Below are positions 1 to 12,900 of a DNA stretch of 64,000 nt, piece by piece. How positions within the stretch are numbered: the first letter of the stretch is position 1; each line of letters opens with the position of its first letter. The translations under genes were made by a program, and so were the position numbers. The notes under the pieces are model-generated. The model was not told the origin of the DNA and did no database searches. It worked only from the letters and a program-made list of their open reading frames with translations. Origin of the DNA: Octopus vulgaris (taxonomy: Eukaryota); the NCBI GenBank assembly GCA_951406725.2, contig OX597836.1:38068001-38132000 (forward strand), read 5' to 3'.

Positions 1-918
1 TGAACGTCTTGAGGTTGTAGCGTTTTCAGTTGTAAATGTTTGCTGTTTTGCACCTCATCTGTTTCCTTAGTGATCTGTTTACACAGCTGTGCAAGCTGCG
101 ATTCTTGTTTACCTGGTTGATATTTTTGTAAATTCTTTATTGTGTGTTTGAATTTCTCTAGTGTTTAATATCAATGCTCTTTGTTTTCTGTACATTTGAT
201 TTGATATCTGCTGATGCAGTGAAATGGAGTATGAGTTGTTTTGGTGTTATTCATTGAATCTAACAGAGCGATAATTGACTTTAAACAATAATTTTCATCG
301 CCATGATTGTGATGTCACGTGTGTGTATATGCAGCAATGAATGCATGTAGAAACAATTGCGTAGTTCTGAAGTATTCCTGTTTGTCGTTTACATGGACAC
401 AGTGTGTGAATTGTCTGAAAGGACAGAAAAAGTGTGAAAATATGGTGAGTTAATTCACAAGAAACATGATGGAGAAAAAGAAATACTTATGAATAAATGC
501 TGGTTTAATGAGCCATCTGATATATGCTCCACGTGAGACAATTTAAATGATAAGTATGTCGTGAAAGTTATTGAAATTTAAGCATTGTGCTGTGTTTTAA
601 CAAGCGGCATTACTTTTTGCGCTTGGATATTTACAGTTTTTCGTGTATTTGAAAGATTATGCTTGATTACGACATTGTAAAAGAATAATGAAAGTTGTTT
701 CTGGTGTTTTCGATATTGTCGATGTTACGTAGGTTTGGTTTTTTATAAATCTGTTGTGTTTTTTGCTGAAATTTCTATGGAATATTGTTTTAGTGAAATT
801 AAGTTGTTTTATATAGAAAATTGATTGTCACTATGTATGTAAGAGCAGAATAATAATTATCGGAATGTAGGAACTGACGATTAATTTGAAATTCCTCTTG
901 CCATTTTGCACTTTTCAG

Positions 919-957
919 TAAAGTCCACAGAAACGATTGTCGATCGAAAGCCACCCG
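919..957 (+). CDS. 39-nt linker micro-exon of unit A, (V)KSTETIVDRKPP(G); first of 16 copies
   Basis: cttttcAG|taaagtcc...ccacccg|GTaaga, phase 1-1. Other copies start at 2764, 4610, 6456, 8302, 10148, 11994, 13840, 15686, 17540, 19386, 21240, 23087, 24932, 26779, 28625. Confidence 0.88.
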
Positions 958-3900
958 GTAAGACATTTCGAACGTATTGATTTTGGTTTTGTTACCTAGT
1001 GTAAAAGAAGGCAGGGCCCGTGTAGAAATGTAATTACAATTACTAAAGGGAATGAGACCTAATTAAAGGAATGTATTTGTTAGTGGTCTTTAGCTTGTGC
1101 GATTAATGTTTATAGGTGTATAGGTGTTGATGTTCAATGAACCACTATATTGAATTATTATGTATGCGTCAGTGTTAATTGATGGCTGCCTCCTTTTTGT
1201 TTAGGTCGTTGCAATACTGCTGAATCAGACATTGTGTTCGTTCTGGATTCTTCAACTAGCGTTACTGATGCAAACTTCAAGAAAATATTAGCTTTCATGA
1301 AAGATTTTCTGTCGGATGCTAGTATTGACTCGGGTAATGTTCGAGTGGGGGCAGTGATTTATAGCACTGATGTAGAGGTGCAGTTTCATTTGAATCGCTA
1401 CAGTTCCAAGCGTGATATCCTCGATGCTGTTGACAACATTGCCTATGTGTATGGAAGCACAAATACATATGGAGGTCTGCACACAGCCAGAACACAGATG
1501 TTCACTGCAGAAAATGGTGACAGAGCCGGTGTTCCTAACATCATTTTCCTCATAACTGATGGCGTTTCCAACGTCAATGCTTTGCAAACGATACCAGAAG
1601 CGGAGGCTATTCGTGCAGAAAACATCCATATTTACGCTATAGGTATAGGCCTTGCAGAAACTACAGAACTCGACAAAATTGCATCATCTCCAGCAAGCGC
1701 TAACAGTTTCACTGTGGAAGATTTTAATGAGCTTCAAGGCTTAAAACACACGATATTTGAATCTTACTGTCCCGGTACGTATATCTCGAAGAATATTACA
1801 CCTGTCATCGTCCTCGTCGAAGTTGTCGTCGTTCCTTTGAATGGGGTGAACGTCTTGAGGTTGTAGCGTTTTCAGTTGTAAATGTTTGCTGTTTTGCACC
1901 TCATCTGTTTCCTTAGTGATCTGTTTACACAGCTGTGCAAGCTGCGATTCTTGTTTACCTGGTTGATATTTTTGTAAATTCTTTATTGTGTGTTTGAATT
2001 TCTCTAGTGTTTAATATCAATGCTCTTTGTTTTCTGTACATTTGATTTGATATCTGCTGATGCAGTGAAATGGAGTATGAGTTGTTTTGGTGTTATTCAT
2101 TGAATCTAACAGAGCGATAATTGACTTTAAACAATAATTTTCATCGCCATGATTGTGATGTCACGTGTGTGTATATGCAGCAATGAATGCATGTAGAAAC
2201 AATTGCGTAGTTCTGAAGTATTCCTGTTTGTCGTTTACATGGACACAGTGTGTGAATTGTCTGAAAGGACAGAAAAAGTGTGAAAATATGGTGAGTTAAT
2301 TCACAAGAAACATGATGGAAAAAGAAATACTTATGAATAAATGCTGGTTTAATGAGCCATCTGATATATGCTCCACGTGAGACAATTTAAATGATAAGTA
2401 TGTCGTGAAAGTTATTGAAATTTAAGCATTGTGCTGTGTTTTGACAAGCGGCATTACTTTTTGCGCTTGGATATTTATAGTTTTTCGTGTATTTGAAAGA
2501 TTATGCTTGATTACGACATTGTAAAAGAATAATGAAAGTTGTTTCTGGTGTTTTCGATATTGTCGATGTTACGTAGGTTTGGTTTTTTATAAATCTGTTG
2601 TGTTTTTTTGCTGAAATTTCTATGGAATATTGTTTTAGTGAAATTAAGTTGTTTTATATAGAAAATTGATTGTCACTATGTATGTATGAGCAGAATAATA
2701 ATTATCGGAATGTAGGAACTGACGATTAATTTGAAATTCCTCTTGCCATTTTGCACTTTTCAGTAAAGTCCACAGAAACGATTGTCGATCGAAAGCCACC
2801 CGGTAAGACATTTCGAACGTATTGATTTTGGTTTTGTTACCTAGTGTAAAAGAAGGCAGGGCCCGTGTAGAAATGTAATTACAATTACTAAAGGGAATGA
2901 GACCTAATTAAAGGAATGTATTTGTTAGTGGTCTTTAGCTTGTGCGATTAATGTTTATAGGTGTATAGGTGTTGATGTTCAATGAACCACTATATTGAAT
3001 TATTATGTATGCGTCAGTGTTAATTGATGGCTGCCTCCTTTTTGTTTAGGTCGTTGCAATACTGCTGAATCAGACATTGTGTTCGTTCTGGATTCTTCAA
3101 CTAGCGTTACTGATGCAAACTTCAAGAAAATATTAGCTTTCATGAAAGATTTTCTGTCGGATGCTAGTATTGACTCGGGTAATGTTCGAGTGGGGGCAGT
3201 GATTTATAGCACTGATGTAGAGGTGCAGTTTCATTTGAATCGCTACAGTTCCAAGCGTGATATCCTCGATGCTGTTGACAACATTGCCTATGTGTATGGA
3301 AGCACAAATACATATGGAGGTCTGCACACAGCCAGAACACAGATGTTCACTGCAGAAAATGGTGACAGAGCCGGTGTTCCTAACATCATTTTCCTCATAA
3401 CTGATGGCGTTTCCAACGTCAATGCTTTGCAAACGATACCAGAAGCGGAGGCTATTCGTGCAGAAAACATCCATATTTACGCTATAGGTATAGGCCTTGC
3501 AGAAACTACAGAACTCGACAAAATTGCATCATCTCCAGCAAGCGCTAACAGTTTCACTGTGGAAGATTTTAATGAGCTTCAAGGCTTAAAACACACGATA
3601 TTTGAATCTTACTGTCCCGGTACGTATATCTCGAAGAATATTACACCTGTCATCGTCCTCGTCGAAGTTGTCGTCGTTCCTTTGAATGGGGTGAACGTCT
3701 TGAGGTTGTAGCGTTTTCAGTTGTAAATGTTTGCTGTTTTGCACCTCATCTGTTTCCTTAGTGATCTGTTTACACAGCTGTGCAAGCTGCGATTCTTGTT
3801 TACCTGGTTGATATTTTTGTAAATTCTTTATTGTGTGTTTGAATTTCTCTAGTGTTTAATATCAATGCTCTTTGTTTTCTGTACATTTGATTTGATATCT

Positions 3901-6900
3901 GCTGATGCAGTGAAATGGAGTATGAGTTGTTTTGGTGTTATTCATTGAATCTAACAGAGCGATAATTGACTTTAAACAATAATTTTCATCGCCATGATTG
4001 TGATGTCACGTGTGTGTATATGCAGCAATGAATGCATGTAGAAACAATTGCGTAGTTCTGAAGTATTCCTGTTTGTCGTTTACATGGACACAGTGTGTGA
4101 ATTGTCTGAAAGGACAGAAAAAGTGTGAAAATATGGTGAGTTAATTCACAAGAAACATGATGGGAAAAAGAAATACTTATGAATAAATGCTGGTTTAATG
4201 AGCAATCTGATATATGCTCCACGTGAGACAATTTAAATGATAAGTATGTCGTGAAAGTTATTGAAATTTAAGCATTGTGCTGTGTTTTGACAAGCGGCAT
4301 TACTTTTTGCGCTTGGATATTTATAGTTTTTCGTGTATTTGAAAGATTATGCTTGATTACGACATTGTAAAAGAATAATGAAAGTTGTTTCTGGTGTTTT
4401 CGATATTGTCGATGTTACGTAGGTTTGGTTTTTTATAAATCTGTTGTGTTTTTTTGCTGAAATTTCTATGGAATATTGTTTTAGTGAAATTAAGTTGTTT
4501 TATATAGAAAATTGATTGTCACTATGTATGTATGAGCAGAATAATAATTATCGGAATGTAGGAACTGACGATTAATTTGAAATTCCTCTTGCCATTTTGC
4601 ACTTTTCAGTAAAGTCCACAGAAACGATTGTCGATCGAAAGCCACCCGGTAAGACATTTCGAACGTATTGATTTTGGTTTTGTTACCTAGTGTAAAAGAA
4701 GGCAGGGCCCGTGTAGAAATGTAATTACAATTACTAAAGGGAATGAGACCTAATTAAAGGAATGTATTTGTTAGTGGTCTTTAGCTTGTGCGATTAATGT
4801 TTATAGGTGTATAGGTGTTGATGTTCAATGAACCACTATATTGAATTATTATGTATGCGTCAGTGTTAATTGATGGCTGCCTCCTTTTTGTTTAGGTCGT
4901 TGCAATACTGCTGAATCAGACATTGTGTTCGTTCTGGATTCTTCAACTAGCGTTACTGATGCAAACTTCAAGAAAATATTAGCTTTCATGAAAGATTTTC
5001 TGTCGGATGCTAGTATTGACTCGGGTAATGTTCGAGTGGGGGCAGTGATTTATAGCACTGATGTAGAGGTGCAGTTTCATTTGAATCGCTACAGTTCCAA
5101 GCGTGATATCCTCGATGCTGTTGACAACATTGCCTATGTGTATGGAAGCACAAATACATATGGAGGTCTGCACACAGCCAGAACACAGATGTTCACTGCA
5201 GAAAATGGTGACAGAGCCGGTGTTCCTAACATCATTTTCCTCATAACTGATGGCGTTTCCAACGTCAATGCTTTGCAAACGATACCAGAAGCGGAGGCTA
5301 TTCGTGCAGAAAACATCCATATTTACGCTATAGGTATAGGCCTTGCAGAAACTACAGAACTCGACAAAATTGCATCATCTCCAGCAAGCGCTAACAGTTT
5401 CACTGTGGAAGATTTTAATGAGCTTCAAGGCTTAAAACACACGATATTTGAATCTTACTGTCCCGGTACGTATATCTCGAAGAATATTACACCTGTCATC
5501 GTCCTCGTCGAAGTTGTCGTCGTTCCTTTGAATGGGGTGAACGTCTTGAGGTTGTAGCGTTTTCAGTTGTAAATGTTTGCTGTTTTGCACCTCATCTGTT
5601 TCCTTAGTGATCTGTTTACACAGCTGTGCAAGCTGCGATTCTTGTTTACCTGGTTGATATTTTTGTAAATTCTTTATTGTGTGTTTGAATTTCTCTAGTG
5701 TTTAATATCAATGCTCTTTGTTTTCTGTACATTTGATTTGATATCTGCTGATGCAGTGAAATGGAGTATGAGTTGTTTTGGTGTTATTCATTGAATCTAA
5801 CAGAGCGATAATTGACTTTAAACAATAATTTTCATCGCCATGATTGTGATGTCACGTGTGTGTATATGCAGCAATGAATGCATGTAGAAACAATTGCGTA
5901 GTTCTGAAGTATTCCTGTTTGTCGTTTACATGGACACAGTGTGTGAATTGTCTGAAAGGACAGAAAAAGTGTGAAAATATGGTGAGTTAATTCACAAGAA
6001 ACATGATGGGAAAAAGAAATACTTATGAATAAATGCTGGTTTAATGAGCAATCTGATATATGCTCCACGTGAGACAATTTAAATGATAAGTATGTCGTGA
6101 AAGTTATTGAAATTTAAGCATTGTGCTGTGTTTTGACAAGCGGCATTACTTTTTGCGCTTGGATATTTACAGTTTTTCGTGTATTTGAAAGATTATGCTT
6201 GATTACGACATTGTAAAAGAATAATGAAAGTTGTTTCTGGTGTTTTCGATATTGTCGATGTTACGTAGGTTTGGTTTTTTATAAATCTGTTGTGTTTTTT
6301 TGCTGAAATTTCTATGGAATATTGTTTTAGTGAAATTAAGTTGTTTTATATAGAAAATTGATTGTCACTATGTATGTATGAGCAGAATAATAATTATCGG
6401 AATGTAGGAACTGACGATTAATTTGAAATTCCTCTTGCCATTTTGCACTTTTCAGTAAAGTCCACAGAAACGATTGTCGATCGAAAGCCACCCGGTAAGA
6501 CATTTCGAACGTATTGATTTTGGTTTTGTTACCTAGTGTAAAAGAAGGCAGGGCCCGTGTAGAAATGTAATTACAATTACTAAAGGGAATGAGACCTAAT
6601 TAAAGGAATGTATTTGTTAGTGGTCTTTAGCTTGTGCGATTAATGTTTATAGGTGTATAGGTGTTGATGTTCAATGAACCACTATATTGAATTATTATGT
6701 ATGCGTCAGTGTTAATTGATGGCTGCCTCCTTTTTGTTTAGGTCGTTGCAATACTGCTGAATCAGACATTGTGTTCGTTCTGGATTCTTCAACTAGCGTT
6801 ACTGATGCAAACTTCAAGAAAATATTAGCTTTCATGAAAGATTTTCTGTCGGATGCTAGTATTGACTCGGGTAATGTTCGAGTGGGGGCAGTGATTTATA

Positions 6901-9900
6901 GCACTGATGTAGAGGTGCAGTTTCATTTGAATCGCTACAGTTCCAAGCGTGATATCCTCGATGCTGTTGACAACATTGCCTATGTGTATGGAAGCACAAA
7001 TACATATGGAGGTCTGCACACAGCCAGAACACAGATGTTCACTGCAGAAAATGGTGACAGAGCCGGTGTTCCTAACATCATTTTCCTCATAACTGATGGC
7101 GTTTCCAACGTCAATGCTTTGCAAACGATACCAGAAGCGGAGGCTATTCGTGCAGAAAACATCCATATTTACGCTATAGGTATAGGCCTTGCAGAAACTA
7201 CAGAACTCGACAAAATTGCATCATCTCCAGCAAGCGCTAACAGTTTCACTGTGGAAGATTTTAATGAGCTTCAAGGCTTAAAACACACGATATTTGAATC
7301 TTACTGTCCCGGTACGTATATCTCGAAGAATATTACACCTGTCATCGTCCTCGTCGAAGTTGTCGTCGTTCCTTTGAATGGGGTGAACGTCTTGAGGTTG
7401 TAGCGTTTTCAGTTGTAAATGTTTGCTGTTTTGCACCTCATCTGTTTCCTTAGTGATCTGTTTACACAGCTGTGCAAGCTGCGATTCTTGTTTACCTGGT
7501 TGATATTTTTGTAAATTCTTTATTGTGTGTTTGAATTTCTCTAGTGTTTAATATCAATGCTCTTTGTTTTCTGTACATTTGATTTGATATCTGCTGATGC
7601 AGTGAAATGGAGTATGAGTTGTTTTGGTGTTATTCATTGAATCTAACAGAGCGATAATTGACTTTAAACAATAATTTTCATCGCCATGATTGTGATGTCA
7701 CGTGTGTGTATATGCAGCAATGAATGCATGTAGAAACAATTGCGTAGTTCTGAAGTATTCCTGTTTGTCGTTTACATGGACACAGTGTGTGAATTGTCTG
7801 AAAGGACAGAAAAAGTGTGAAAATATGGTGAGTTAATTCACAAGAAACATGATGGGAAAAAGAAATACTTATGAATAAATGCTGGTTTAATGAGCAATCT
7901 GATATATGCTCCACGTGAGACAATTTAAATGATAAGTATGTCGTGAAAGTTATTGAAATTTAAGCATTGTGCTGTGTTTTAACAAGCGGCATTACTTTTT
8001 GCGCTTGGATATTTACAGTTTTTCGTGTATTTGAAAGATTATGCTTGATTACGACATTGTAAAAGAATAATGAAAGTTGTTTCTGGTGTTTTCGATATTG
8101 TCGATGTTACGTAGGTTTGGTTTTTTATAAATCTGTTGTGTTTTTTTGCTGAAATTTCTATGGAATATTGTTTTAGTGAAATTAAGTTGTTTTATATAGA
8201 AAATTGATTGTCACTATGTATGTATGAGCAGAATAATAATTATCGGAATGTAGGAACTGACGATTAATTTGAAATTCCTCTTGCCATTTTGCACTTTTCA
8301 GTAAAGTCCACAGAAACGATTGTCGATCGAAAGCCACCCGGTAAGACATTTCGAACGTATTGATTTTGGTTTTGTTACCTAGTGTAAAAGAAGGCAGGGC
8401 CCGTGTAGAAATGTAATTACAATTACTAAAGGGAATGAGACCTAATTAAAGGAATGTATTTGTTAGTGGTCTTTAGCTTGTGCGATTAATGTTTATAGGT
8501 GTATAGGTGTTGATGTTCAATGAACCACTATATTGAATTATTATGTATGCGTCAGTGTTAATTGATGGCTGCCTCCTTTTTGTTTAGGTCGTTGCAATAC
8601 TGCTGAATCAGACATTGTGTTCGTTCTGGATTCTTCAACTAGCGTTACTGATGCAAACTTCAAGAAAATATTAGCTTTCATGAAAGATTTTCTGTCGGAT
8701 GCTAGTATTGACTCGGGTAATGTTCGAGTGGGGGCAGTGATTTATAGCACTGATGTAGAGGTGCAGTTTCATTTGAATCGCTACAGTTCCAAGCGTGATA
8801 TCCTCGATGCTGTTGACAACATTGCCTATGTGTATGGAAGCACAAATACATATGGAGGTCTGCACACAGCCAGAACACAGATGTTCACTGCAGAAAATGG
8901 TGACAGAGCCGGTGTTCCTAACATCATTTTCCTCATAACTGATGGCGTTTCCAACGTCAATGCTTTGCAAACGATACCAGAAGCGGAGGCTATTCGTGCA
9001 GAAAACATCCATATTTACGCTATAGGTATAGGCCTTGCAGAAACTACAGAACTCGACAAAATTGCATCATCTCCAGCAAGCGCTAACAGTTTCACTGTGG
9101 AAGATTTTAATGAGCTTCAAGGCTTAAAACACACGATATTTGAATCTTACTGTCCCGGTACGTATATCTCGAAGAATATTACACCTGTCATCGTCCTCGT
9201 CGAAGTTGTCGTCGTTCCTTTGAATGGGGTGAACGTCTTGAGGTTGTAGCGTTTTCAGTTGTAAATGTTTGCTGTTTTGCACCTCATCTGTTTCCTTAGT
9301 GATCTGTTTACACAGCTGTGCAAGCTGCGATTCTTGTTTACCTGGTTGATATTTTTGTAAATTCTTTATTGTGTGTTTGAATTTCTCTAGTGTTTAATAT
9401 CAATGCTCTTTGTTTTCTGTACATTTGATTTGATATCTGCTGATGCAGTGAAATGGAGTATGAGTTGTTTTGGTGTTATTCATTGAATCTAACAGAGCGA
9501 TAATTGACTTTAAACAATAATTTTCATCGCCATGATTGTGATGTCACGTGTGTGTATATGCAGCAATGAATGCATGTAGAAACAATTGCGTAGTTCTGAA
9601 GTATTCCTGTTTGTCGTTTACATGGACACAGTGTGTGAATTGTCTGAAAGGACAGAAAAAGTGTGAAAATATGGTGAGTTAATTCACAAGAAACATGATG
9701 GGAAAAAGAAATACTTATGAATAAATGCTGGTTTAATGAGCAATCTGATATATGCTCCACGTGAGACAATTTAAATGATAAGTATGTCGTGAAAGTTATT
9801 GAAATTTAAGCATTGTGCTGTGTTTTGACAAGCGGCATTACTTTTTGCGCTTGGATATTTATAGTTTTTCGTGTATTTGAAAGATTATGCTTGATTACGA

Positions 9901-12900
9901 CATTGTAAAAGAATAATGAAAGTTGTTTCTGGTGTTTTCGATATTGTCGATGTTACGTAGGTTTGGTTTTTTATAAATCTGTTGTGTTTTTTTGCTGAAA
10001 TTTCTATGGAATATTGTTTTAGTGAAATTAAGTTGTTTTATATAGAAAATTGATTGTCACTATGTATGTATGAGCAGAATAATAATTATCGGAATGTAGG
10101 AACTGACGATTAATTTGAAATTCCTCTTGCCATTTTGCACTTTTCAGTAAAGTCCACAGAAACGATTGTCGATCGAAAGCCACCCGGTAAGACATTTCGA
10201 ACGTATTGATTTTGGTTTTGTTACCTAGTGTAAAAGAAGGCAGGGCCCGTGTAGAAATGTAATTACAATTACTAAAGGGAATGAGACCTAATTAAAGGAA
10301 TGTATTTGTTAGTGGTCTTTAGCTTGTGCGATTAATGTTTATAGGTGTATAGGTGTTGATGTTCAATGAACCACTATATTGAATTATTATGTATGCGTCA
10401 GTGTTAATTGATGGCTGCCTCCTTTTTGTTTAGGTCGTTGCAATACTGCTGAATCAGACATTGTGTTCGTTCTGGATTCTTCAACTAGCGTTACTGATGC
10501 AAACTTCAAGAAAATATTAGCTTTCATGAAAGATTTTCTGTCGGATGCTAGTATTGACTCGGGTAATGTTCGAGTGGGGGCAGTGATTTATAGCACTGAT
10601 GTAGAGGTGCAGTTTCATTTGAATCGCTACAGTTCCAAGCGTGATATCCTCGATGCTGTTGACAACATTGCCTATGTGTATGGAAGCACAAATACATATG
10701 GAGGTCTGCACACAGCCAGAACACAGATGTTCACTGCAGAAAATGGTGACAGAGCCGGTGTTCCTAACATCATTTTCCTCATAACTGATGGCGTTTCCAA
10801 CGTCAATGCTTTGCAAACGATACCAGAAGCGGAGGCTATTCGTGCAGAAAACATCCATATTTACGCTATAGGTATAGGCCTTGCAGAAACTACAGAACTC
10901 GACAAAATTGCATCATCTCCAGCAAGCGCTAACAGTTTCACTGTGGAAGATTTTAATGAGCTTCAAGGCTTAAAACACACGATATTTGAATCTTACTGTC
11001 CCGGTACGTATATCTCGAAGAATATTACACCTGTCATCGTCCTCGTCGAAGTTGTCGTCGTTCCTTTGAATGGGGTGAACGTCTTGAGGTTGTAGCGTTT
11101 TCAGTTGTAAATGTTTGCTGTTTTGCACCTCATCTGTTTCCTTAGTGATCTGTTTACACAGCTGTGCAAGCTGCGATTCTTGTTTACCTGGTTGATATTT
11201 TTGTAAATTCTTTATTGTGTGTTTGAATTTCTCTAGTGTTTAATATCAATGCTCTTTGTTTTCTGTACATTTGATTTGATATCTGCTGATGCAGTGAAAT
11301 GGAGTATGAGTTGTTTTGGTGTTATTCATTGAATCTAACAGAGCGATAATTGACTTTAAACAATAATTTTCATCGCCATGATTGTGATGTCACGTGTGTG
11401 TATATGCAGCAATGAATGCATGTAGAAACAATTGCGTAGTTCTGAAGTATTCCTGTTTGTCGTTTACATGGACACAGTGTGTGAATTGTCTGAAAGGACA
11501 GAAAAAGTGTGAAAATATGGTGAGTTAATTCACAAGAAACATGATGGGAAAAAGAAATACTTATGAATAAATGCTGGTTTAATGAGCAATCTGATATATG
11601 CTCCACGTGAGACAATTTAAATGATAAGTATGTCGTGAAAGTTATTGAAATTTAAGCATTGTGCTGTGTTTTGACAAGCGGCATTACTTTTTGCGCTTGG
11701 ATATTTACAGTTTTTCGTGTATTTGAAAGATTATGCTTGATTACGACATTGTAAAAGAATAATGAAAGTTGTTTCTGGTGTTTTCGATATTGTCGATGTT
11801 ACGTAGGTTTGGTTTTTTATAAATCTGTTGTGTTTTTTTGCTGAAATTTCTATGGAATATTGTTTTAGTGAAATTAAGTTGTTTTATATAGAAAATTGAT
11901 TGTCACTATGTATGTATGAGCAGAATAATAATTATCGGAATGTAGGAACTGACGATTAATTTGAAATTCCTCTTGCCATTTTGCACTTTTCAGTAAAGTC
12001 CACAGAAACGATTGTCGATCGAAAGCCACCCGGTAAGACATTTCGAACGTATTGATTTTGGTTTTGTTACCTAGTGTAAAAGAAGGCAGGGCCCGTGTAG
12101 AAATGTAATTACAATTACTAAAGGGAATGAGACCTAATTAAAGGAATGTATTTGTTAGTGGTCTTTAGCTTGTGCGATTAATGTTTATAGGTGTATAGGT
12201 GTTGATGTTCAATGAACCACTATATTGAATTATTATGTATGCGTCAGTGTTAATTGATGGCTGCCTCCTTTTTGTTTAGGTCGTTGCAATACTGCTGAAT
12301 CAGACATTGTGTTCGTTCTGGATTCTTCAACTAGCGTTACTGATGCAAACTTCAAGAAAATATTAGCTTTCATGAAAGATTTTCTGTCGGATGCTAGTAT
12401 TGACTCGGGTAATGTTCGAGTGGGGGCAGTGATTTATAGCACTGATGTAGAGGTGCAGTTTCATTTGAATCGCTACAGTTCCAAGCGTGATATCCTCGAT
12501 GCTGTTGACAACATTGCCTATGTGTATGGAAGCACAAATACATATGGAGGTCTGCACACAGCCAGAACACAGATGTTCACTGCAGAAAATGGTGACAGAG
12601 CCGGTGTTCCTAACATCATTTTCCTCATAACTGATGGCGTTTCCAACGTCAATGCTTTGCAAACGATACCAGAAGCGGAGGCTATTCGTGCAGAAAACAT
12701 CCATATTTACGCTATAGGTATAGGCCTTGCAGAAACTACAGAACTCGACAAAATTGCATCATCTCCAGCAAGCGCTAACAGTTTCACTGTGGAAGATTTT
12801 AATGAGCTTCAAGGCTTAAAACACACGATATTTGAATCTTACTGTCCCGGTACGTATATCTCGAAGAATATTACACCTGTCATCGTCCTCGTCGAAGTTG

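Noticed and set aside
403-444. Possible extra 42-nt exon in the A intron ending at a strong ATG|GTGAGT donor
   Set aside because: It contains an in-frame TGA in phase 1 and has a poor acceptor; there is no support as coding, though a poison-exon role cannot be excluded without RNA data.
1288-1629. Repeated minus-strand ORFs (113, 60, 87, 80 and 69 aa) overlapping VWA exons
   Set aside because: Antisense shadows of the coding exon; they recur only because the DNA is repeated.
3986-4231. Repeated intronic ORFs (81 aa in A; 62-117 aa in B)
   Set aside because: Low-complexity composition, no recognisable motifs, and disrupted by indels or stops in some copies.
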